NCBI GenBank assembly: GCA_963797095.1
Contig: CAWCNY010000005.1
Span: 288,001-352,000 of the forward strand
Direction of reading: 5' to 3'
Source: an uncultured Chloroflexia bacterium
GTDB lineage: Bacteria > Chloroflexota > Chloroflexia > QHBQ01 > JADMIH01
Length of the DNA stretch: 64,000 nt
Positions 22,435 through 29,621 of the stretch are shown here, in pieces. The stretch's first letter is position 1. Every line of letters begins with the position of its first letter. The position numbers and the translations under genes are program-made. Below the pieces are notes generated by a model that saw only the letters and a program-made list of their open reading frames with translations, was not told the origin of the DNA and made no database searches.

Positions 22435-24906
22435 GTAGGGTAAAAGACCAGCTCTTGGCTTTTGGACCAAGAAACCAACCTCTGCCCTCCGAACCGGACG
22501 TGCGACTTTCATCGCATCCGGCTCTCCAAGAATCTCACTCTTCCAACTGATTAGCGTTGGCGCAGGTCGTATAACAGGTCCGCAAGCTTGATACTGTCGT
22601 ATTCTCCCCTGTGGACTTTTCCGTGACACGACTGGCATACAGGAACTTGCTTTCTGTTGAGAGCACGCATGATGGCTTTGAAGCCAATTGCCGGTTTACC
22701 GTCTGCCTTTCTGATGTGGCGAACGTGGCGCATAACCACCCCATCCGTCTCACCGCAGATTACGCAGGGGTATCCCAGCTTTGAGCGCGTTCTCATCCTC
22801 GTCGCCATCTGTATCAGGTCTGTAGGTTGGTCGCCGTTTGCAAAGGCGTACCTATCTACTTTCCAGTCCCGGTTGACGTAGAACTTGACCGTGCGGTCCT
22901 TCCTCCCGTCCTGGGCTTTGATTACAAACGTAAGCTCTCGCCCATGTTTGCGGTAGATGGAGGCCGAGGTTGCTTTGAGTTTCATACTCAACGTCTTTGC
23001 ACAAGACATTGATAAGACGAATTGGATTCTCGTCAGGCTTCCAAAATTGTCGGTGAACCTGTAGTAACTCTGTATCCCACGATTGATACCGCTGTACAGA
23101 CTTACTATTTGGTCCACGTCCAGGTTTGTCCAGCCTGCTTTGGCCGTTGGTTCCCCTTCTTTGGTACAGAACCCCCTGTCTGCAAGTTTCTCAACAATTC
23201 TCGCTATCGGGGCTTTCATGACCGTCTCCCAGCCAGTGGAGCACCTTTTGAAGGGCTTTCCCCACCTGTTGGTAGTGGTCACGATTTTCGGCTCTCCACC
23301 GTCGCCGGGGCCGATTTGAAGGAGCGTTCCGAGAAATGTAGCTTCTTCTTTCCTGGCTTGGGTGATCCGGGTTTTCTCCTCGCTGAGCGTCAGTTTTAGT
23401 TCCTGACTAAGGAAGCATTTGAGTTCTTCCTTTATCTCCACCGCGAGTGAGTGCGGGCCTTGAATTCCAATTAGCCAGTCATCGGCGTATCGCAGGTATT
23501 TTATCCGGATGAAGTTCGGGTCCGCCGGGTCAATAGCTGGGGTGGTTCTGATTTGCCTGGATAGCGTTTTGAACTCTAGACTTTGTCTGTCGCCCCGTTT
23601 CCGTAGAGTATCCCTACGTTCGACAAGGCTCCGGTACTTGGCATTTCGGCGTTTCGTCTCGCCCCTTTCGTACCTCACTCTTAGCTGTTCAACTCTCTGG
23701 TCTAGTTGGTCTAAGTAGATATCGGCTAAGATTGGGCTTACTATTCCGCCTTGTGGCGTTCCCGCAAGACTGTCTTTGCGCTCGTCCCGCATATCCATGT
23801 ATCCGGCTTTCAGTAGCTTTCGAATTAGGTTGATAAACCGTTCGTCCGCTATCTTCGTGCGCAGGATACTTTCCAGAACTCCGTGGTCTATCTCATCGAA
23901 GCAGGCCCTGATGTCCCCTTCAATTATCCAGTTTACCGCCGACCACCTGGTACGGAACTCTCGCAGCGCCGTATGGCAGCTGCGATTTCGTCTAAACCCA
24001 TGACTTGACTGGTGGAAGTACGGCCCTTGTGAGCTGTCGTAGATAGCTTCCAAAATCATTCGCATGACTTCTTGGACTATCTTGTCTCGTACTGACGGTA
24101 TTCCGAGTCTCCGCATCTTGCCGTTGGCTTTCGGTATAAGTACCGTTCGCACAGGTTTGAATTGAAAGGTCTCGTCACGCATCTGCCGGATTATTCTCTG
24201 GATTTCGTCCATTGAAAATCCATCGAGCGTTTCGCCGTCCGTTCCTGGGGTCATGTTTCCGGGCTTAGACTTGACTCTCTCGTAGGCCAGTACGTACAAG
24301 TCTTCCCTGTACATGAACCTATAGAGGTCTTTGTTTTGCCAGTCCCTGGTGCTATTCAGTTGTTCAAGTGCCTTCACTCTCTGGAAGGCCTGTTCATTAC
24401 TCATCCGAGTAAGCCCTCCTTTCGATGAAGTTAGATTCTCTGTGGCCCTTTCCCGTGTCTCACCCATTACGGTGAGTTTTTGAGTACTATGGCCACTCCG
24501 TAACCCTGGCCCTCACGGGCTTTAGGTCATCCCGAAGTTGCTTAGAAGTCTCGGTTCGTACTTAGGTGCCCATTTCGTTAGTATCCCGCTCCCTGCGGTC
24601 GTCCCCGGTAAGAGCGTTCGCCAGAACTGGGGTTCACTTCCGGCGATACCGGGCTTAGGCATCAACGTCACTGCCTAAGAGTCCTTGATTGACTGACCTA
24701 ACTTGGGTTCGAGTAGTATAACCCTCACCATATACGACCTGGCTGACTGTCCATCTCGATGGTGACGTTCCATCTCAAACAGCCTTTTGGCATCATGCTG
24801 CTGTCCCCTCTCCCTTTCGGGTTCAGGTAAGATGCTGCTTTAGTCACTTTCGCTCTAGTGACACCACACCTCCTGTGGCAGAAACTTCTAAACCACATCG
24901 GCGCAC
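22435..24906 (-). mobile_element. Group IIA intron (2472 nt) inserted in tRNA-Pro(GGG)
   Basis: 5' GTGCG; domain V GAGCCGGATGCGATGAAAGTCGCACGTCCGGTTC (22491-22524); domain VI with bulged A 7 nt from the AC end; EBS1/EBS2/delta match the exons. Confidence 0.95.
22551..24404 (-). CDS. ltrA: Group II intron RT/maturase with C-terminal HNH-like domain (LtrA-like)
   Basis: TPGTDG, IPKANG..RLGIP, GFR, GTPQG, YLRYADD, CxxC...CxxCH; AAAGGAGG RBS before MSNEQ. Confidence 0.93.
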   Translation of the reverse strand: MSNEQAFQRVKALEQLNSTRDWQNKDLYRFMYREDLYVLAYERVKSKPGNMTPGTDGETLDGFSMDEIQRIIRQMRDETFQFKPVRTVLIPKANGKMRRLGIPSVRDKIVQEVMRMILEAIYDSSQGPYFHQSSHGFRRNRSCHTALREFRTRWSAVNWIIEGDIRACFDEIDHGVLESILRTKIADERFINLIRKLLKAGYMDMRDERKDSLAGTPQGGIVSPILADIYLDQLDQRVEQLRVRYERGETKRRNAKYRSLVERRDTLRKRGDRQSLEFKTLSRQIRTTPAIDPADPNFIRIKYLRYADDWLIGIQGPHSLAVEIKEELKCFLSQELKLTLSEEKTRITQARKEEATFLGTLLQIGPGDGGEPKIVTTTNRWGKPFKRCSTGWETVMKAPIARIVEKLADRGFCTKEGEPTAKAGWTNLDVDQIVSLYSGINRGIQSYYRFTDNFGSLTRIQFVLSMSCAKTLSMKLKATSASIYRKHGRELTFVIKAQDGRKDRTVKFYVNRDWKVDRYAFANGDQPTDLIQMATRMRTRSKLGYPCVICGETDGVVMRHVRHIRKADGKPAIGFKAIMRALNRKQVPVCQSCHGKVHRGEYDSIKLADLLYDLRQR

Positions 24907-24945
24907 ACCCCATTCAAGTGCGCTACCGGGCTGCGCTACGCCCCG
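24907..24945 (-). tRNA. tRNA-Pro(GGG) 5' exon
   Basis: CGGGGCG TA GCGC AGCCCGGTA GCGC A CTTGA ATGGGGT directly followed by GTGCG; C1-G72 and A73 Pro identity elements after joining. Confidence 0.93.
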
Positions 24946-24977
24946 AAACCGTGCCTCATCTCAGCGGCACGACCCTA

Positions 24978-25006
24978 ATTATACCAGAACCGCCCCAACC
25001 CTGCAA
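24978..25006 (-). promoter_or_regulatory. Promoter of the intron-containing tRNA-Pro
   Basis: TTGCAG-17 bp-TATAAT, with TG just upstream of the -10. Confidence 0.7.
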
Positions 25007-25024
25007 ACCACCCCGACCCAAACA

Positions 25025-25190
25025 CCAGGGCGGACGCAAAGTCAGGCACGAACCCGCAATTATGGTCGCTGGAACCCTTTCCGAGAAAGTAGCTCTTGCC
25101 ATTGACGCCTAGCCGGACCTGGCAATATGCCGGTCACGGTTGCCCAACCAGCTAACTTCGCATTGACGCCTGACTTTGCATCCGCCCTGG
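25025..25190. mobile_element. 166-bp MITE with ISAs1-like CAGGGC termini
   Basis: 23-bp terminal inverted repeats CCAGGGCGGA(C/T)GCAAAGTCAGGC with one mismatch; no transposase ORF. Confidence 0.7.
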
Positions 25191-25293
25191 ACCCAAAACA
25201 AAAGAGGCACCCCAAACAAAGAGTGCCCCATGACTACCAACAAGCAACCAGGAACTTGGAACTTGGAACCCCAATCCGACTACCGACTACCAA

Positions 25294-26124
25294 CTACTCC
25301 CTCTCCACCGGAAACTGTATCTCCGTAACCCACTTCGACTGGTCCCCATTCCTCTTGTACTCCAGGTTCAACTCCCGACTTGGCCCCGCGATCTTATACC
25401 CCGACCGCTCAAGCCAGCTACCAATCGCCCCATAAGCCGCGCTCAGCGTCGAAAACGGCCCGTGATGCACCACGCTCGCCATATTCTCCACCCCGGGCAA
25501 CTCCTCGATCCTCACCCGCTCGCTATCCTTGATCCTGCTGTTAGTAGGGATCGATATCCCCACTTGCACATCATTAGGCTGCACCCCAGGGTCGCCGAAC
25601 CATAGCGCCGTGGGCGGACCGCTAATCTCCCCACCATTCCTCGCCACATGCTCCAGCACCTCGTCAAACAACCGGTCAAAAGTCACACCCACCACGTCCA
25701 TACTGGGCACAACATCGCGCACCATAGCCACGCGCACCGGCTCGACGCGCTTCACAACAACCTCATAGTCAGGCATCTTACCCTCCAATTCAATCTGCTC
25801 GATGCGGGCTTCAACCCGCGCCAATCTCTCCTTGATCTCATGCGCCTGCGCCTGAAGCTCGGCCCGCTTCACCTTCAACATCCCCCTGATCTCCTCCGTC
25901 GGAAGCTCATCGCCCAGCAATTGCCTTATCTGCTCCAACCACAGCCCCAACTCCTTCAAAGCCAGTATCCGGTGCAGCATCCCCAGTTGGTCGAACGAAT
26001 AATACCGGCACCCTGTCCACCGGTCCACGTCCGCAGGTCGCAGCAGCCCTACCTCGTCGTAATACCGCAACCCCGATACCGACACCTGCCCCAATCGCGC
26101 AAACTCTCCAATCTTCAGTCGCAT
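25294..26124 (-). CDS. MerR-family (BmrR-like) regulator with GyrI-like effector domain
   Basis: KIGEFARL..LRYYDEVGLL..RYY; C-terminal HHGPF..Y..WL..RE..TEIQFP. Confidence 0.92.
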   Translation of the reverse strand: MRLKIGEFARLGQVSVSGLRYYDEVGLLRPADVDRWTGCRYYSFDQLGMLHRILALKELGLWLEQIRQLLGDELPTEEIRGMLKVKRAELQAQAHEIKERLARVEARIEQIELEGKMPDYEVVVKRVEPVRVAMVRDVVPSMDVVGVTFDRLFDEVLEHVARNGGEISGPPTALWFGDPGVQPNDVQVGISIPTNSRIKDSERVRIEELPGVENMASVVHHGPFSTLSAAYGAIGSWLERSGYKIAGPSRELNLEYKRNGDQSKWVTEIQFPVERE

Positions 26125-26161
26125 AACACTCCCCACTTCCCACTCGAAGATCTTCACCCCC

Positions 26162-26192
26162 ACCATACACCTTCAACCAACCTGAGAGTCAA
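26162..26192 (-). promoter_or_regulatory. MerR-type promoter/operator
   Basis: TTGACT-19 bp-TATGGT with an imperfect dyad (ACTCTCA...TGAAGGT) overlapping the -35 and spacer. Confidence 0.75.
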
Positions 26193-26978
26193 TACCATCA
26201 CCCTCAATTCACCCCAAAATCGCAAAAAACTACCCATTTGGCAGTATCCAAAACCAAACAAATGTGCTAAGATCCTACATAGAAGTACTTTCACCTCCCT
26301 GCTGCGCAGCATGGAGGACATAGAGACAAGACTGGTGTCCCTATGCAGCTTTGCGTTTGTACCTTACAAACCACATAAACAACCACCACAACTACCAGCA
26401 CTTTACAAACCAAAAGAATGGTCAGCCAAAAGCCGGTGGCTGTCTCAACACCACCAACCGCTCCGGTCTCCCACCACCGGCCCCTAACGGGACCAACACG
26501 GAGCAGTAATCCAGTGTGCATTCGTGTCACACCCTCTATAGGCACGAGGAACCCTGCGCCACACGTACCAGTTGCGCCATAGGGACATCATTCCTACAAG
26601 CAACCCACATAATAAGGACGAAGGGTGCATGAAACCCCAAAGACCCACATGCACCCCCTTCCCCATACCCACCAACCAATAAGCACTAACCAATACGAAA
26701 TACGCAGTACGCAATACCAACCCACTTCGTGCCCTTCGACTTCCTTCGCTTCTTCGCGTACATAAAGACCCAAAGTCCACCAGCCCCCTGCCATGACACC
26801 AACCCCCACTTCCTCACTCCTCACTCCTCACTCGTCTTCTCGTCTTTTTCGTCCTTGCATATTCCAACGGTTGTGCTATAATCATCTACGGTCTGCCCAA
26901 TTCCTACGGGCCGATCAACGTGCATGTGTCAATCAAGAGGAGTGAGCAGTTCATATATATCTCGAAAGGAGTAAAGGT

Positions 26979-28829
26979 TTGAAAAGCACCAAGCGTGTCC
27001 TGACAACCGCCCTGATGGCCACATTGGTCCTTCCGGCAGTGTCATTTTACGGCTCCCGCCCCGCCGCCGCCGCCGACTTTGCCGACCCCGCGTTCCAGGC
27101 AGTCTGGAACCGCACCGACAAACTCGTCGCTGACAGCCAGGTCAACCGTTCCTGGTACTGGGGCCCCACTCCAGGCGAAACCAAAATGGAATCCTATGCC
27201 GAAGGCCAGGGAGGCGAGAGGCTTGTCCAATATTTCGACAAGTCCCGCATGGAGATCAACGATCCCACAGCCGACCCCACCGACCCCTTCTACGTCACCA
27301 ACGGCCTCCTTACCGTCGAGCTTATCTCCGGCAAGATGCAGACCGGTAACAGCCGCTACGAAACCCGCTACCCCGCCAACATCCCCCTCGCCTCCGACAT
27401 CGACGATAAGAACGCCCCCACCTACGCCTCCTTCTCCCTTATCGCCAACAGCCCCCTGGGCGACCACCCCTTCCCCGACCTCACGGGCAACAACGTCACT
27501 CAGGTAGTCAACAAAGCCGGTATCGTTTCCCGCAGCACCGACTTCGATAAGTACGGCGTCAAATTCGGCTACTACAACACCGATACCAAGCACAACATAG
27601 CCGACGTATTTTGGAACTTCCTCAACCAGACCGGACCCGTCCTTGGCACCGATGGCAACACCACCGATGCTAAGCTCTCTGACCCCTGGTACTACACCAC
27701 CGGCTTCGCCATCTCCGAGCCTCTATGGGCTAAAGTCAAGATCGCCGGGAAGCAAGAAGACGTGCTCATCCAACTCTTCGAGCGCCGCGTCCTCACCTAC
27801 ATCCCCAGCTACGCCCCCGAATGGCAGGTCCAGATGGGCAACATCGGCGCTCACTACTATGACTGGCGCTACAATGACGCCGGCAAGCGCGCCTCCCAGG
27901 CTGTCACAGTCACCCCCGTCAAGCCCGCAGCAGGCGAGCTTGGCTCCGCCGAGAACCCCATCAAAATGGCCTTCGTCCCCTCCTCCAACACCACCGGCGT
28001 GCTGGCAAACGGCACACCCCTCGGCCAGCTTCTCGGCCAGATCACAGGCTATGAGTTCAAGGTCTCCGTTCCTACCTCCTACGCCGCCGTCATCGAAGCT
28101 ATGGGCTCCGACAACGTTGATGTAGCATGGCTCGCCCCCTTCTCCTACGCCCTCGCCAATCAGAAATACGGAGCGCAAGTCATCCTTGGCACTGTGCGTT
28201 TGGGGCAGGTCACCTACCCCTCCGTCTTCATCACAGCCGACCCCAATATCAACACCATAGCCGACTTCAAAGGCAAGAAATTCGCCTTCGTTGACCCGGC
28301 TTCCGCTTCCGGCTACCTCTACCCAACCGCCTACCTCAAGAACGCAGGCCTCGTCACAGGCTCCCCGCCCAACCTCGAAGCCTTCTTCGGCAGCGGTAAC
28401 GTAGTCTTCGCCGGTGGACACGACAAAGTCGCTACCGCCGTCTACAACGGACAGGTATCAGGCGGCGCTGTCTTCGGCGGCCCCTTCAACTCACTGACAG
28501 GCCAGCCCACCGATGCGCGCACCCTTATCCGCTCCACCTACCCGGACGTCCTTAGCAAAGTCCGGATCATCGGCGAAACCCAGCAGATCCCCAACGATAC
28601 CGTGTCGGTTCGCAAGGGTCTCCCCGCTGATATGGTCCAGCAGATCCAGAACGGACTCCTTCAGCTAGCCCAAACCACAAAGGGCCATCAACTCCTCTAC
28701 AACCTCTATCAGATCGATGACCTTTCACCCACTACCGACGCCTTCTACGATCCGCTACGCCAGGTGGCTGAGGACGCGGGCATCACCAACTTCGAAGCCC
28801 TCTTCCCAACCCCCACGCCGAAGCCCTAA
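26979..28829 (+). CDS. Secreted surface-domain / PhnD-like phosphate-phosphonate binding protein fusion
   Basis: Signal peptide; FADPAF..W.RTD..WGP..QYFDKSRME..QLFERR domain; C-terminal half SYAAVIEAM, FVDPASASGY, GGHD, IPND. Confidence 0.8.
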   Translation: MKSTKRVLTTALMATLVLPAVSFYGSRPAAAADFADPAFQAVWNRTDKLVADSQVNRSWYWGPTPGETKMESYAEGQGGERLVQYFDKSRMEINDPTADPTDPFYVTNGLLTVELISGKMQTGNSRYETRYPANIPLASDIDDKNAPTYASFSLIANSPLGDHPFPDLTGNNVTQVVNKAGIVSRSTDFDKYGVKFGYYNTDTKHNIADVFWNFLNQTGPVLGTDGNTTDAKLSDPWYYTTGFAISEPLWAKVKIAGKQEDVLIQLFERRVLTYIPSYAPEWQVQMGNIGAHYYDWRYNDAGKRASQAVTVTPVKPAAGELGSAENPIKMAFVPSSNTTGVLANGTPLGQLLGQITGYEFKVSVPTSYAAVIEAMGSDNVDVAWLAPFSYALANQKYGAQVILGTVRLGQVTYPSVFITADPNINTIADFKGKKFAFVDPASASGYLYPTAYLKNAGLVTGSPPNLEAFFGSGNVVFAGGHDKVATAVYNGQVSGGAVFGGPFNSLTGQPTDARTLIRSTYPDVLSKVRIIGETQQIPNDTVSVRKGLPADMVQQIQNGLLQLAQTTKGHQLLYNLYQIDDLSPTTDAFYDPLRQVAEDAGITNFEALFPTPTPKP

Positions 28830-28957
28830 AACCCACTCAAACAATGACGGACATGAAACGTCCCGAATTCCACGAGCAGGTCTACAAGCGTGGTCCATCT
28901 CTAACCAGGAGACAATCCGAACTTTAGATGCAGCTTAGCATGCGTGCAATCTACTTC

Positions 28958-29001
28958 TAAAACAAGCAAAATGGCGGCTTCGCCGCCATTTTGCTTGTTT
29001 T
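28958..29001. terminator. Long perfect hairpin, likely bidirectional terminator
   Basis: AAAACAAGCAAAATGGCGGC-TTC-GCCGCCATTTTGCTTGTTTT. Confidence 0.75.
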
Positions 29002-29129
29002 AGAAAGCCCCTCCCGAAAATTTGGGGGGTTGGGGTGGGTCTTTGGTACGCATCTTGCAGCCCCAACCACCCACCATCTTCCCATTGATGGTAACTACAC
29101 AAGATCCAACCAAACAGAGGAGATCCAAG

Positions 29130-29570
29130 ATGCCAAAGGCAGATAGAAGCGCCCAGGTACAATGGCAAGGCAGCCTGCTCGAAGGGAGCGGCACCATCAC
29201 AAACACAGGTAGCGGCGCGTTCAGCGCCATCTTCCTCCCCGTCACATGGGCCGCCCGCACCCAGGAATCCAACGGCATGACCAGCCCCGAAGAGCTTATG
29301 GCAATGGCCCAGGCCTCCTGCTTCGCCATGCAGTTCTCCAGCGTGCTCGCCAAAGCGGGCCACCCACCCGCTCAACTCGATGTCAGCGCCATCTGCACAT
29401 TCGACCCCCCCAAAATCACCACCATGAAGATCGACGTGCACGGCAAAGTCTCAGGTCTTGACCAGGCAGACTTCGAGCGCCTGGCCGATCAGGCCGAGCA
29501 ACTCTGCCCGGTCGCCAATGCCATCCGCAACAACGTAGACATCCAGCTTACGGTCCACTTGGATCAATAA
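29130..29570 (+). CDS. osmC: OsmC-family peroxiredoxin
   Basis: WQGSLLEGSG, TSPEEL..ASCF, CPVANA; GAGGAG RBS. Confidence 0.9.
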   Translation: MPKADRSAQVQWQGSLLEGSGTITNTGSGAFSAIFLPVTWAARTQESNGMTSPEELMAMAQASCFAMQFSSVLAKAGHPPAQLDVSAICTFDPPKITTMKIDVHGKVSGLDQADFERLADQAEQLCPVANAIRNNVDIQLTVHLDQ

Positions 29571-29576
29571 CAGCAA

Positions 29577-29602
29577 AGGGGCGGGTATTCAAACCCGCCC
29601 TT
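29577..29602. repeat. REP-like palindrome
   Basis: GGGCGGGTATTCAAACCCGCCC; related copy at 60324-60350. Confidence 0.55.
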
Positions 29603-29621
29603 GCAATTGCCTGGCTGCTCC

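Noticed and set aside
22551-24404. RT as a retron, DGR or CRISPR-associated RT
   Set aside because: Group II RNA domains, splice boundaries and maturase/HNH domains are all present
25031-25060. c-di-GMP-I riboswitch (GACGCAAAG)
   Set aside because: The motif is part of the MITE terminal repeat and the upstream GAAA hairpin is missing
26290-26830. Short ORFs between the MerR gene and the PhnD fusion
   Set aside because: Low-complexity sequence with no motifs or convincing RBS
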